DNA of 64,000 bases. It comes from Octopus bimaculoides. Taxonomy: Eukaryota. The position numbers and the translations under genes are program-made. Positions 40,800 through 55,242 of this stretch are shown here, in pieces. A model generated the notes under the pieces. That model was given only the letters and a program-made list of their open reading frames with translations. It did no database searches and was not told the origin of the DNA. Position 1 is the first letter of the stretch; each line of letters begins with the position of its first letter. The stretch is taken from positions 36,371,767 to 36,435,766 of the forward strand of contig NC_068994.1 in assembly GCF_001194135.2 (NCBI RefSeq), in the 5' to 3' direction.

Positions 40800-40849
<50 letters not shown>

Positions 40850-41024
40850 GCATATATAATTATGGTTTTAAAGATATGAATAATATAATAAATACATGAA
40901 CTATATTAGTAATAACAATAGCATGAAGAAGAAAAACTTATAACCATGAATCTACTCTACCTTAAAGTTAAGAAATAGCTTCATTAGAGTAGAGGACAAG
41001 ATAATGATAATAATAATAATAATC

Positions 41025-42384
41025 TTGGTGGAGGCAATTAAGTCAATTACATCAACCTCAGTGTGTAACTGGTACTCATTTAATCAACTCCTTAAAGATG
41101 GAAGGCAAAGTCGCCCTCGGTGGAACTTGAACTCAGGACATAGCAGCAGATGAAATACAGCAAAATATTTCGCCTGGCTTGCTAATGATTCTGCCAGCTC
41201 GCTGCCTTAATAATAATAACAATAATATTAATAATAATAATGATGATAATGGAAACTGAGTGAAAGGTGGGGGCTAGAGAGAGGCAAGACATGGTATGAG
41301 CACAACCCACATAGACGAGTAAAATCCTCTGGGATCCCAATCCAAGCAGATCAGGTATTAGAGCATAACAGACCGGACCTAGTGGTGGTGGACAAAGTGC
41401 ACCACATATGTTATATAGTTGATGTTGCATGCCCTTTTGACCCATGAATAGTCGAGAAGGAAGGCAAAAAGATAGATAAATACAACCCTCTTAAGTATGA
41501 AATAGTCTGGTTGTAGAAAACGAAGAAGGTGAAGATAGTGCCAATTATTGTTGGGTCCTTGGGAATAGTACCAGAAGGCATCAAGAGATGGGAAATGGGA
41601 ATAGAGTGCCCAGTAAGAACTATTACAAGAGTTTTGCCTCCTTGGCATGGCCAGAATAATCAGGTAAGTATTAATCAGCTGAACAGAATGAATAGCATGA
41701 TACTGTGGGCTGCAGGTAGTAAAAAAGCCTGTGATAAAGAGAAAATAACAATAATAATAATGATGATCCTTTCTGTTATAAGCACACAGTCTGAAATTTT
41801 GGGGGAGGTGGCTAGTCAATTACATTGACCCTAATACTTGACTGGTACTTAATTTATCGACCCCAAAATAATGAAAGGCAAAGCTGACTTTGCCAAAATT
41901 TGAGCCCAGCATAAAGACGTGAAATACCATAAATGCCATTTTGTCCAGCATGCTAATGATTTTGCCAACTACCACCTTAATACTAATTATGATAATCTTT
42001 TCAACTAAAGGTACAAGGCCAGAAATTTCATGGGAGAGGGTAAGTCAATCACATCGATCCCAATACTTCACTGGTACTTAATTTATTGACCCTGATACTG
42101 TAGGCTGCAGGTAGCAAACCCACTACTCATGCAAGATTCCAGGAGTTAAAATAATAGTAAAATAATAATAATCCTTTCTACTAAAGGTACGAGGCCTGAA
42201 ATTCTGAGGGAGGGGACTAGTTGATTGCAATGACCCCAGTGTTTCGCTGGTACTTAATTTATTGACCTCAAAAGAATGAAAGGCAAAGTCGATCCCAGTG
42301 GAATTCGAACTCAAAACGTGAAGATGGACGAAATTCTGCTAAGCATTTTACCTGGCATGCCAACGATTCTACCAGCTCGCTGCC

Positions 42385-42431
<47 letters not shown>

Positions 42432-42620
42432 CCTTTCTACTATTGGCACATGGCCTGTATTTTGTGGGGAGGGGGATAGTCGATCACATCGATCCCAGTA
42501 CTCAACCGTTACTTAATTTATTGACCCTGAAAGGATGAAAGGCAAAGTTGACTTTGCCAGAATTTGAACTCAGAACGTAGCGATGGGCAAAATAGTGCTA
42601 AGCATTTCGCCTGGTGTGGT
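41025..42620 (-). mobile_element. array of (TTA)-tailed SINEs in minus orientation, interleaved with R4/Dong fragments
   Basis: Units at ~41025-41208, ~41765-41985, ~41995-42095 (partial), ~42170-42385, ~42428-42620. Full units contain GAAAGGCAAAG-like cores and TTTGAACTC-like B-box complements. Confidence 0.9.
41250..41745 (+). mobile_element. R4/Dong-clade non-LTR retrotransposon 3' fragment (restriction-like endonuclease)
   Basis: WYEH...IQADQVLEHNRPDLVVVDK...CYIVDVACPFD...EKE..KIDKY..L...VKIVPIIVGSLG (HNRPD at 41364), the RLE PD-(D/E)xK pattern. Flanked by (TAA)-rich tracts. Confidence 0.88.
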
Positions 42621-43045
42621 TTAGACTGTTAGAGTTGTGAGTGACGACATTGGTATGAAATTTGGAATAGATCAGTGTGCAGTGCAAGTAATAAGGAGAG
42701 AAAAGATATCCATGTCAAAAGGGATTAAATTCCCAGATGAGATATCAAGCAGAGCAATAAATAATGGCGACAGTTACAAGTAACTAGGTGTATTGGAGGC
42801 AGAATTCTCTGTCAAGAAATGAAAGAGAAGGTAAGAAATGAATATCTCAGGAGAGTAGAAAGGTGCTAAGCTGAAAAGTGAATGGAAAGGAAAAGCATCT
42901 CTGCAGTAAACACACAGGCACAGTGTCTCATACAATATCCTGCTGCTCTCCTGAACTGGACTAAAGAAGAACTAGGAGACATGGACTGTTAAACCAGAAG
43001 GACAATTTCCATGTATAAGATGTTATATCCTTGAGATAGTGTCAA
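42620..43045 (+). mobile_element. R4/Dong-clade fragment (RT C-terminus/thumb)
   Basis: TVRVVSDDIGMKFGIDQCA...SYK*LGVLE...EMKEKVRNEYLRR...NWTKEELGDMD..TRR. Confidence 0.85.
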
Positions 43046-43299
43046 TAGGTTATACCTACAATAGAGATAGGGGGAAGACTGGTATTAATAGAAGAATGTG
43101 CAGAGAATGCAGAAGAATAATATAGAAAATACATAAGAATTAATACTGGTTTTAGCTGCCAGAGCAGAGGAGAAAAAAGCTGTGGAAACTGCAGTAGAAT
43201 GGGACTTATTCTATCATCCCACCTCCTCAATAGAATGAAGTGTAAAGTCAACCTTAGCAGCATTTGAACTCAGAATGTAAAGAGCCAGAGTAAATTTTT

Positions 43300-44030
43300 C
43301 GCATGCTTAGAGTAAGTTCATTCACCCTAACCATTTTTAACCACTGTCACCAAACTTTTTACAAAGTCATTGGACAAGAACACTTTCCTTTCCACTTTCA
43401 CTTTCTTTTCCAAGTGGAACTGTAGAAAGTTGATGAAGTTTTGCTCAATCCTTTTATCCTTATCCAAAGCCAATAAACACAGAAACACTGCCTGCCCTGT
43501 GAAATAAAATGTGGATGGTAGGGCAATTCTTATAATAGACTTGGTTGATAGTTGGATTTATCCTACATTTGACAACAATTGTTCAGCATAACTCCACAAG
43601 TCATAATAATAATAATTTTTTTGTCATAAGACCTCAAAGACACTGGTGACAGTACCAAAGCTGGGGTTTTAAGTAGTAAGGATCTACATGAAACTAAATA
43701 AAATTGAATTAAAAAGAACAGATGATTATAAAAATATAATCATGACAAAGGTATCCAATATGGAATAGGAGACAACCACCTAAGATCAATTAAGGAACCT
43801 CACAAGTCTAGGATTACCCTGAGCACCAGGTGCAAGTGACCTTTCCTAGATGTCTCTATAGCCAACAGTCACATGCTGAGAGCAGGCTCACTCACTTGGG
43901 TCATGCTCTTCACTCTCACACATCTTGCAACAAATTTATGGTGAGGGTCAGTACTTTCGACTGCATCGTAAGTGAAGCTTGAAAAAGTTGATGAAGGCTT
44001 GGTATCTGAGGAAAATGCTTTTACAAAAAG
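43300..44030 (-). mobile_element. possible decayed CR1/Jockey-group LINE fragment
   Basis: Minus-strand DKSNYQP (~43565-43545) and a degenerate LD.SKAFD.VW-like segment (~43340-43400). Confidence 0.35.
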
Positions 44031-44049
44031 AAAACTAAAAAAATTATTG

Positions 44050-44410
44050 TAGAGCAGAAAGGATTTATGCCCAATTTCTGCAAGGCAATTGATTCACTTC
44101 TTGCTAACAAGATGCTAGTGGTTGGTGTGAAACTACATAAAAATAATGTCATGTGCTTGGATCAATTACTAGCAAGCCCTTGATTTGGATATTACTTCAC
44201 TAGCCTATCAACATACTTGAAGTACATCAGTTTGATGACACTTTGGCAAATTTCATTAAAAGAAGTGGCAAGCAGTTTCTATAGTAACTAACAATAACTG
44301 TAAACTGAAACCTTATTAGAAATATCTATCAAGATATTCCAAGGTAACAGAGCATCTGGTCTTTATTTCATTCTATGCTTGTTTCCCTTCTGTTGACTCA
44401 TAAAATGAAA
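44050..44410 (+). mobile_element. R4/Dong-clade fragment (RT core)
   Basis: EQKGF.....IDSLLANK (44052), AWINY*QALD (resembles AWIDYKKAFD), IFQGNRASGLYF (resembles GIFQGDSLS.LLF). Confidence 0.75.
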
Positions 44411-45886
44411 CAATTTAGGATATTTCACAGGGAGAGGGGAGGGCCAAGCTTATCCACCATCTTTCCTTCATGAATGATCTAATATTATATACTGCAAATG
44501 GTCCCTAGCTTGGAAGTCATTTTAGTATTATCAAGCAATTTAGTAAGGTCATTAAGATGTCCTTTGAGTTGGAAAAATACAATAAGGTAATCATACAACA
44601 ATGCACAATGTCATGTTAAGCAGATAATTTAGAAAGCCAAAGAGAGGAGATAATATGAGAATAAGAAAGTTCTGCTTATTATAAATAGTTAGGCATAGCT
44701 GAAAGAAAAACTGTGTGTGAAAGCTTTTTGAATGCAAATAAAAATTGAATGAGTGAAAAAGATATAAAACTCAGCTTAATAGTAAGAAAACTATATGTGC
44801 TATTAACACGGCTGTGGTGCTGACCATAATATATGCCTCTGTAGTTTGGGACAGGAAGGTAACAAACCCAGATTAAAATAGATAGTGTTATGAAAAATCT
44901 ATAAAAAATAACCCTCTGTACTGCGCAGTAAGTTTGACTCTTCATCCTAAGAAGAGAAGGCAGTAGACAATGATAAGGACAGAGGCTCAATAGTCTCTTG
45001 GAGTTTTTTCAGAAAGCTGTGTTTAATTTTATCCACTACCTTTCTAACTCGCAATAAGGTTTGTTTCATGCCTGTGTATTTTCTGAAACAATACATCACA
45101 CTGTCTGACACTAGTACTAGAAAATATGTACTTACAGATACATATGTTTGCAAATCCAGTTTTAACTCCTTTGGTGTAAAGTTCTTTGGTTCTTATATGA
45201 ACTTCCACTTGTTTATGAAATTGGCAGGTTATCCACACAATTTATTTATAAACATTGATTATATGTTTTGAAGAAAGAAACACTTTATGTATTTCTCAAA
45301 CCATAAACAATAAAAACAATAATTATAATAGCAAACATTGTCATTATCATTTAAGTAAATAATTACCAAATTGATTTGAGTTGCCATTACAAAGTGTATT
45401 TCTTGGGGTATTTCTTTGAAATCCATTTCCCAAAATAAAAAATTTGTTCTACTTTCAGTTGTTTTAAATTTGGCATTTAGACCTAATTAGATAGGGGGTA
45501 AAACAACTCATCATATTTTCAATAATGATTAATAGTTTTGAAAATAGATATGAGTCTTGCTGTTTTTAGGGCAAAGCAAACGAGAAACTTACATATGTTT
45601 GTATTTTCCCAAAACATCATTAGCAATATACAAAATATCAATGATTTCAATAACAAAACTTTAATTAAAAACTAATCAAGGTTTAATATATGGAAAGATC
45701 ATCAGCAGCAATATTAATATCATCATCAGCAGTAGCAATAATAGTAGTAACAATGAGTAGTTTTACAAATATAGCGTATCCTTCTTCTTTGATGTAATGT
45801 ACTCATTATGTTGGACGTCTTATATATACCCAGACATATACATATCATGTATATGCACACATACAAAAAAAAAATACATACATACA

Positions 45887-45922
<36 letters not shown>

Positions 45923-46155
45923 TATATACACATATGTACATAAACACACATACATATATGTATATGCTAAACTGTCTTGTTTTTATTAGCTTGATGAAAG
46001 GCAAAATAAATTAATATTTTGGTCAGTAAACTCTGGGTAGCTGTGTTTCACAAGGCTCTTCGTGTTTTTATTATAATATCTTTACTCTCTTAACTGAGTG
46101 CTATACTACCCGTTGAAAATCATACCACACAAACACACACACACACACACACACA

Positions 46156-47740
46156 TCTGAGTTGACAGCAGCATTAAAGATAAAGCAATTAAGGATATAA
46201 AGACTTGGAAAGCCCCTGGGCCATTGGGAATTATTGCTTAGATGTTTAAATTATCTGGTGGAGTGGGATATGGCCTAGTGACTTGTATAGTCAGATTGTC
46301 CAGATAGAGGTCTTCCCAACAACTGATGTAACAACATTATAGTCAACTGCTATAAAGAGAAAGATGATTCTTCAGACAGAAGTAATCACAGAAGCATCAT
46401 ATTGCTGGACCAGGTCATGAAAGTTACTGAAAGGGTCATAGCTCAACTAATTGGGATGAGAGTTAGCCTAGATGAGATGCAGTTTGGTTTTGCATCTCAT
46501 GTAGGCTAACTTTCACCACTTCTTTGTCAACTTGGAGAAATCCTTTGACAGGGTCTTGGATTCACTCATCTAATGATTATACAAAATCTAGGGGTAGTTG
46601 AGTGGTTGGTGAGAACAATGTGTCATGGTTGATGAGAGTCATGTACAAGGATGTTGTTAGTAAGGTGAGAGTTAGCAATGAGTATAGCAATGAATTTAGT
46701 GTGCAAGTATGAGTTCACTGAGGACTGGCTTGCAGCCCCCTTTGTTAATCTAAATCCTCTTGGTCACAACAAAGGAATTTAAGTCAGTTTGGAAGTTCCT
46801 CTATGCTGATGACCTTATTTTTATGGTTTGAAACATTACTTGTAGAATTAGAGAAGAAATTTCAGGTATAGATGCAAAAACTAAAATCTCAGAGTTTTAG
46901 AGTTAATGTAGAAAGTTCAATGTACTTGTAAATATGAAAACAGACAAATACTAATCCCTTCAGGGAAATGGCTCTCTTTGATATATAAAAAAGGTGTAGG
47001 TAGGAATTCCATTCGGTATACCCAGTGCAAGTTATGGACACATAAGAGGTGCAGTGGGATCATAGGATAATTAGCAGAGAAAGTGGTCTTTGTGTGTAGT
47101 AGATGTGCTGGTACAGTAAGTACTGAGAATGTGCAGGAAATAGATTTACTCAAATGCCCAGTGGGATGCTTACAGGTAGTAGATAGCTTTTGTTAGCTGG
47201 GTGACCAAATTAGCACTGGTGGAAGTTGCTCTGAAAGCATAGTTGCTAGAAATTCAAAGAGCTTTTACCTCTGCTAGTAAAAGAAGTGGTCACAGAGTGA
47301 AAGGTAGACTGTTTGATACCTGTGTACAGGCAATTGTGCTACATGACAGTGAAACATGGGCTATGACTGCAAAGGACATATGAAGGCCTAAAAGAAATGG
47401 AGCCATCAAGCTCTACTGGATGTGCAATGTCAGTGTGCATGTATGACAAAGAGTAAATATTTTGAGAGAAAAATTGGGTTTAAGAGGCATCAATAGTAGA
47501 GTGCAGGAGAGAAGACTGTGCTAGTATAGTCATGTGAAGTGTATGGATGAGGACAACTGCATAAATATGTGCTGGTCTAAATGTGAAAGGAAGTTGTGGA
47601 AGAGGAAGACCCAAAAAGATGTGAGATGAAGTGGTAAGAAAAGATGTTCAGATGTTGAGCTTTACAGAGGACATGCAAAAGGACTGAAAGAATTGGCAAG
47701 TTACTGTGCTTGAGAAGACCTGCCCAGCTAAGTAAAATCC
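46156..47740 (+). mobile_element. 5'-truncated RTE-clade LINE
   Basis: AIKDIKTWKAPGPLGI, VRVSNEYSNEFSVQV.VH.G...SP, FLYADDL (46802), RRL..Y.HV..M, GRGRPKK. Many stops. Confidence 0.9.
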
Positions 47741-48149
47741 ATGTCCATGCCCCTTCCTCCACAAACCACCCATGCTCACCACTGTTGTGTCTCCCTTCCT
47801 CTTTCTTTCAATCTTTCTCATGCACCTACCTGCACACAATTATGACCCTGTTAAATCTATTCCCCACAACATGTCCTCTTAATACTGTGCTCTCTACTAA
47901 TGCCCACTCATTATATCCCCTTACTTCTAGCTCCCACACTCTTTTTGTAATCTTGTGAATTCAGCCACCCACTCACTCACTTTCTCCAATCCCCAGTCCA
48001 CCTCCCTGTATACACTTCCATGCCACTCAGATGCATGACTCCTGCCCCTTGCCAGTCACATCTTCACCATCTTCTCTACTTCCTCTCCATTCACAGTAGT
48101 CATGTTTTTCTTCTAATGCAAGACACCTTTTCTGTCCCTCAATACTACT

Positions 48150-48365
48150 TTCTTCAGTTGAGAAGTTTCGTTCTGAAAGTTACTTGGTGACCTTGCTGCT
48201 GCTGGAGTCATGTAAAAAGTACCCAATACATTCTGCAAAGTGGCTGGTGTTTGGAAGGGCATCCAGCTGTAGAAAACCAAGCTAAAACAGACAGTAGAGC
48301 TTGGTGCAGTCTTTTAGCTTGTCAGTTGCTGTTAGAATGGAAAACTGATGTTAAATGATGATGAT
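48150..48365 (+). mobile_element. RTE-tail SINE
   Basis: GGAAGGGCATCCAGCTGTAGAAAA...GGAAAACTGATGTTAAATGATGATGAT. Confidence 0.8.
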
Positions 48366-48909
48366 TTATATATACACAAAGACATGTATACATTTATACT
48401 TATAAAGGCACATGCCTAGTAGTTCAATTCATGATTGTAAGGTCATGATTTCAGTTCCTAGATTGAGCAGATTGGGTCCGAGGTAGAGATATTTCATTAC
48501 ATACTGCTCCAGTTCACTTGAATGAAAAGGAATTATTTCTGCTGCAGAGTGGCACTTCACAGATTATTAGACAACAGAATTTTGAAAACACAAAAGCATG
48601 TGTCCATGATGGCTATTGCACAATGGATGATACACAGACGTACACATATACATACTTCATAGTCTTATATTCTGGATGAAGTTGTTATTAGTGGTGTTTG
48701 TTATTGCCACTTTTTTTTTATGTAGTGGGCTGCAAAGATCATGACAATGATGTTTTTACTGATGATATTGTTATAGGTGGATTAAAATTACTTTTGCCAC
48801 ATACTCAAAGTGACCTCCAGCAAATAGTAATTGTTCTTAATTTACTACAGGTTTGCTGTATATGTGTGTTAATTTTTGGTTTGCATTTTGTTATCAATAA
48901 ATCTTCAAT

Positions 48910-49090
48910 TAGTCATATCTAGACACATTACTGGGATATAAATCTTCAGTGCTTGATTGGTACTTTATTTTATCATTTCCAGAAGGTTGAGAGGCAAAGT
49001 TGAACTCATAGGGATTTGAACTCAGAATGTAAAGTACCATAACTGAATACTGCCACTTATTTTTCATGAAGCTGTAATAATTCTGCCTGT
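48910..49090 (-). mobile_element. (TTA)-tailed SINE family copy
   Basis: GAGGCAAAGTTGAACTCATAGGGATTTGAACTCAGAATGTAAAG. Confidence 0.7.
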
Positions 49091-50382
49091 CCACTGTGCA
49101 TGCACACACACACACACAAACACGTGTGTGTATATGTATATACATGCATGTGTTTGTGTGTGTAGAGAGAAAGAGAGAGAGAGAGGTGGGGAAGAAAATG
49201 GTATCTAAGGGTAATGGAGACAAATACTAATGAACCAAAATCATATTGCCTCTATTAAATTTTTTAAATTAAAAAATAGTATAATGATCAGGAAAATATT
49301 TATGAAACTGTAATCCATCAAACCTATTATAAAATAATATTGGTAATGCTACAGTATAATATTGAATGAAAGATTATCAATAGGTAATTAAAATATAAAC
49401 AAAATTTCATAAAAGTTATCAAGTTGTCATTTTCTCAAAATGACATTTAAAATATCCAATTCATTAAAGTTTATATGAAAAACACATGAATGAGAAATTT
49501 AGTGTTTAAGTGTCTTTACAGAACTGTTAAAGGAAGTGTCTCTCGGAAGTCCATTGTTTGTGGAGAACTCTCTTAAATATTTATATTAATATGTATGTAA
49601 CATTGCAATACTCATTGAGTATTTAAACTCAGTTCTATCAAATGTAGAGTTGCCCAGGCTCACCATAGTATCTATTTACAAATAAATGAAATCTAAGTAT
49701 ATCGGTGATAAACTCAGCAGAGTGTTGATAACATCCAAACTGTGAATTCCTCAGCCAGTATGACAACACATCATTGACTTAGTAATCTTAAATTCTACAT
49801 CTTCCAAACACGATTCAATGAATTATTGATTTAAATGTTTGTATAAGAACAAGTAAGCATTTTTTTTTCTTGTTCTTGGTATTCAAATTTTTGTCCATTT
49901 ATATCAAATTTAAAAGTTGGATGCATTCAAACAAAAATTTAGTCAGAAGCCAGAATGGTAGGAATAAAATAGAAATCTTTTAGAACACAGTATCTGATTT
50001 GGGATACACATTCATTGTTACATTGTTGGAATCTTTTGAAAACTGAAATCAAATTACACTCATTACTACAGTAAGAAAAAAAATGATTGGAAAAAGATAG
50101 GAAATTGATAAACATACTTTTATTTAAGCAATAATGCTTAAATAGTTTTTACTGTTTTGGACTAACTTCCTGATAACAAATTTTTATCCCTATATACTTC
50201 TAAACATTGCTAAATTATGTAAGATAATACTTTATTAGAATATTGATCTCATCTTTGGAATATATATTTGTAGTGTTTATATTCACACAATGACTTGATC
50301 AGTTAGATCTCCATCATCATTGAGTATCTTACAAACGTAGTGTCAAACTGAATTTGAGCTAGTACATATCCCAGAATAGGAT

Positions 50383-50469
50383 ATCAAACCATAAGTTAGA
50401 TACAAATGAAGATCAAACCATAAGTTAGATACAAATGAAAATCAAACCATAGGTTAGATACAAATGAAG
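50383..50469. repeat. 29-bp minisatellite, 3 copies
   Basis: ATCAAACCATAAGTTAGATACAAATGAAG three times, with one substitution in each of copies 2 and 3. Confidence 0.95.
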
Positions 50470-51627
50470 GAATGCACTCTGAAAAACTAGAATTTTATTG
50501 ACAAAACTCATCACAGGTGTTTGAACATTTAACTGATGATCTATATATTTGAATCTATACATTAGTTTACAAAATTATATATCAAGAGAAAAGATGAGTC
50601 ATAACTGTAACAAAGATAGGAGAAAATTTTAATTGTAACATTGGAAAATAGATGAATCACAAGACTGAAGCATGAATAGTGAATGTAGTTTCCATTAATA
50701 ATTGAATGCTTCTATTTTGCAAAATTTTCAATTCTGTATACTTTCTGTATATTTTTAATCAAACCATTGAATTTGATGGTGATCATAAAGAATAAAAAAG
50801 CTATTGAAAAGAGTAAGTCAAGGTGAAATGAAGTGATTCCATGTAATCAAATGTGTTTATAGGTATTGCATATTTTTTATAACTGCAATACCATTAAAGA
50901 ACTTAAATGCTTCTCTGAATAATATCAGTTGTTATGGAAAAAATACCTGTGTGTATTAAAGAAGACGATTATTGAATAATGAAGGTATTATTTCCCTTTG
51001 TTCATTTATTAGTATTATTTGTCAATTTCCAAGTAATTAAAAACATTATTTCTATGTGCTAATTCTTATATCTGTACAAAAATGCACTCGAACATCTTTC
51101 CTTTTAAAATAATCTTTGTTGTAAGCCATTTCAAGTATATTTTCATATTGGTTTCTGTTGAACAGGTGCAAAATAACCTTTTATCATTCTATATCCAACT
51201 TTCTTTATGACATTTCTATTTTTTGTTGTTGTTTTTTTTTTGTTTTTATGCCCAAATTCTTTCTTGCTTGATGTCTGTTCTAACATTACTAGCATATGAT
51301 ACAACTTGTAACACATATTTTGCATCCTCTTTTATTTCCTTACGTACACGTTAATCTGACAAATATTCACAAATAAACACCTGTGAAAATTTATAAAACA
51401 TGTAATTCAAGTAAAATTTTTATACACTTCCAAAAGATAACATTCAGCTTGTTCTTCTATACAACATAAAATGCTTGATTTGCTGCTGTAGGGTATTATT
51501 TGGGAGACTATTTTACCATCATCATTAAAGATGAAGAAAAATAAAATGAATTGGAATAAGATGGAATAAAAACGTAGCATAGACGTAAAAATTTTAAAAT
51601 ACATATATACACGCACACAGACGTAAG

Positions 51628-51663
<36 letters not shown>

Positions 51664-51993
51664 CGCACACTCATCCTCAGACACAAGCATAGCTGTATGA
51701 TTAAGAAGACAGCTTCAAAACCAAAGTGGTTTGGGCTTCACTACATGTGAGCATGAAAAAGCGGACATAAAAATGATGATTGATTATGTATGTGCGTGTG
51801 TGTGTGTGTGTGTGTGTGGGGTAAGGCTTCCAAAAGAAGAAAAGCACTCAATCAGCTAAGGAAGTACAGATAATGTTATAACGAAAACCACAAATTTTGT
51901 TTTCAGCTTTAAAACTTGCAAAATAAATTGTTTTGATCAGGAAACCCTGGGTAGCTATATTTAACAAGGTTTGTGGTTATTATTGTAACATCA

Positions 51994-51997
<4 letters not shown>

Positions 51998-52049
<52 letters not shown>
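51998..52049. repeat. (TA)n microsatellite
   Basis: Direct read. Confidence 0.95.
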
Positions 52050-52050
<1 letters not shown>

Positions 52051-52788
52051 TAACAGTTTGACTTTCATATGCCTTAGAGTTTCTTGGGCACATAGGACAT
52101 TCATTCATCTCATCAGATTTTCAGAAGCAGAGTGGAAGGTTTGAAAGAAATTCAAGATGGCTTCAAGGTGTTCAGGTCTCTATCATTCAGCTCAGCTCAT
52201 CTGGTATTTAGGCTATGAAAGCAACACCAGTTACTTTTTAGTCCATGTATGTGGACATGATGGGCTATGGCATAGTGTATTCAGTGACATCAATTTCTTG
52301 TATTGGGTACTGCATATGGTGGGGTAAGATGTCGGTGTAAATCTGTAACTCAGTCATCATTCAGTGGAGTTTAAAGACATTAACAGTAGCAGACCGCCAT
52401 TTGCAACACCAAAGGAACTGATATCACTGGATATAATATGCTAGAACCCACTGTTAAAGTGGCACCACCATCTTGCCACTCTCCTGTCCAATCATGTGGA
52501 CCTAAATTTTAAAAAAAATAACTGGTGTTAGTTTGATAGCATTTGCGCCATGTAACCTGTGTTGATCAATAGAAGCCTAAACACCTAGAAACATCTTCAA
52601 TTTCTTTAAAATCTTCCACTCTGTCTCTGAACATCAATGAAATAGATGCATCCTATATGCCCATGAAAGTTTTAATCCATGTGGAGTTGAGTCAAATTAT
52701 TATTAAATACATGTAACTCCAACCAAATGTGTTGAGTGCTACTTTCTTTTGTTTGTTCACTTACTATATGTATGTATGTATGTACGTA

Positions 52789-52819
<31 letters not shown>

Positions 52820-52962
52820 ATGCGTGTGTGTGTCTGTGGTGGTGGTTGTGGTGTTTGCGTGCATGTATGTATGTATTCAGTTTACCACCCTTCTTTGACA
52901 TTTTGATTATTCAGAATGACACAAACATTGAAAGTGACATCTACTACAAGCCAATGGACTCC

Positions 52963-53318
52963 GTGGCTGTTTAGTAAAAAGCTTGCTTTCCAACCACAGG
53001 ATTCTTGGTTCAGTCTCACCGCATGGCACCTTGGCAAGTGTCTTTTACTATAGCTTCCGGCTGACTAAAGCCTTGTCAGCAGATTTAGTGGATGGAAACT
53101 GAAAAGAAACCTGTTATATGTGTGTGTGTCTTTGTTTGTTCCCCCTCCACTTGACAACTGGTGTTTACATCCTCATAACTTAGTGGTTCAGCAAAAGAGC
53201 CTGATAGAATAAGTGCCAGGCTTAAAAAAACTAAAGTTCATTCAGCTAAAAATTCTTCAAGACAGTGCCCCAGCATGACCACAGTCTAATGGCTGAAACA
53301 AGTGAAAAAGTAAAAGAT
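52963..53318 (+). mobile_element. near-full-length tRNA-head SINE
   Basis: TGGCTGTTTAGTAA (A-box-like), GGTTCAGTC (B-box-like), CACCTTGGCAAGTGTC, internal (TG)n, 3' CAGCATGACCACAGTCTAATGGCTGAAACAAG. At least four other copies in the window. Confidence 0.9.
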
Positions 53319-53914
53319 GCATGTATATGCACACATACATGCAAAGGAATTCTCTTGGTTTCAAATATCTGACTTACAAACAGCCACAATATACTTTACA
53401 TTATACTATAAAGGCAGTGATATTAAAAAAATTTCAGTTACTTGAAATGGTTGGTAGTAATTAATGGGAAGGTTACTTTGCAAAGCACATCAAAATATTG
53501 CAAGTTTTCAGCAATTTGTTGAATCAAAGAAGGAAATTGCTGTGCCATTGCCAGTTTAAGTCAGATCATGTAAACACTGTGTTGTACGTGTTATTGGTGT
53601 TATTTGGTTTAGATTTTTGTTTCTTTTGTTCACCCTCATAGCCATAACTCCAAAGAGTAAATTCAATGCAAGTGAAGGTGATGCATCAAAGGAAAGGAAA
53701 ATGATCACGATTAGTATTAAATTGGAAATATTAGAGTAGTAAGAGAGATGTGAAACAACAATGAACACATACCTACACACATGCAGTCTCACTCACTTCT
53801 CTCTCTTTCAGTTATAAATATTGAACTTATATTTATTATTATAGTTATCATTTTTATTATTAGAAATCATCATCATCAGTAGTAGTAGTGGTGGTGGTGG
53901 TGGTAGTAGTAGTA

Positions 53915-54344
53915 GGGCAGTGGGTTGATAGAATCACGAGAACATTGGAAGATATACATTGCAGTATTTTTCCCTAATGCACTTTGAGTTCAAATTCACC
54001 AAGGTCAAATATACCCCCTCCCCCAAAATTTCAGGCCTTGTACCTGTAGTAGAAAAGATTATTATTATTATTATTATTATTATCATTCTGGCCTTGTGCC
54101 AAACTTTGAAACCATTATTATTATTATTATTATGACAGTGAGCTGGTAGAATTGTTAGCACACCAGGCAAAATGCTTAGCACTATTTTGTCTGCTGCTAT
54201 GTTCTGAGTTCAAATTTTTCCAAGGTTGACTTTGCCTTTCATCCTTTTGGGTTGATAAATTAAGTACCAGTTTAGTATTGGGGTCGATGTAATCAACTTA
54301 CTCCCTCCCTGCAAATTTCAGGCCATGTGGCTATAGTAGAAAGG

Positions 54345-54377
<33 letters not shown>

Positions 54378-55062
54378 GCGAGCTGGCAGAATTGTTAGCA
54401 TGCTAAACAAAATGCTTAGTGGTATTTTACCCATTGCTACATTCCGAGTTCAAATTCTGCTGAGGTCAACTTTGCCTTTCATCCTTTCAGGGTTGATAAA
54501 TTAAGTACCAGTGAAACACTGAGGTCAATGTAATTGACTAGTCCCCTCCCGCCGAAATCGCTGGCCTTGTGGCAAAATTTTAAACCAATATCATTATTAT
54601 TTTTGTTATTATTAAGGATATGAACTGGCAAAATTGTTTGCAAGTTGGGCAAAATGGTAAGTGGCATTGTGGCTGTCTTAATGTCCTGAGTTCAGATTCT
54701 GCCAAGGTTGACTTTGTCTTTCATCCCCTCAAGATTGATAAAATAAGTGCTATTTCAGCACTGGGGGATCTATGAAATCAACTTTCTCCACCCCCAAAAT
54801 TATTGGCTTTGTGCCATAATTTGAAACCATTATTATTATCACTAAGGCAATGAGCTGGCAGAATTGTTAACAAGCTGGGCAAGATGTTTAGCAGTATTTC
54901 ACCCATCTTTACATTCTGATCTCAGATTCCATCAAGGTCAAGTTTGCCTTTCATCATCCTTTTGGAGTCGATGAAATAAGTAACAGTTGAGCAGTAGGTT
55001 TGATGTAATCAGCTAACTTCCTCCCGCAAGGTTTTAGGCTTTCTGCCTGTAGTAGAAAAGAT
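53915..55062 (+). mobile_element. head-to-tail array of (TTA)-tailed SINEs (5 units and a mini fragment)
   Basis: Units at ~53915, ~54134, ~54378, ~54614, ~54843 and a ~28-bp 3'-end fragment at ~54085-54112, separated by (TTA)n. Confidence 0.93.
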
Positions 55063-55242
55063 TATTATTATATAATTGTTCGACATTTGGTAGTTTAAGG
55101 CAAATTTCAACTGCATCACCTGCTACGCCTCCATGTTGCTGGAGCATGTGCGGCATTGTGTGTTGAGTGCGCAAACCCTTCCTGGTATTGTATTGTGTTA
55201 GTTCTTTTTGTTTTTTTGTTATCATCATCACCATCATCATCA

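Noticed and set aside
41379-41819. 146-aa minus-strand ORF
   Set aside because: It is the antisense of the Dong RLE fragment plus SINE sequence.
44679-45271. Overlapping ORFs with a faint GIY-YIG-like KYTG
   Set aside because: Motif spacing is unconvincing.
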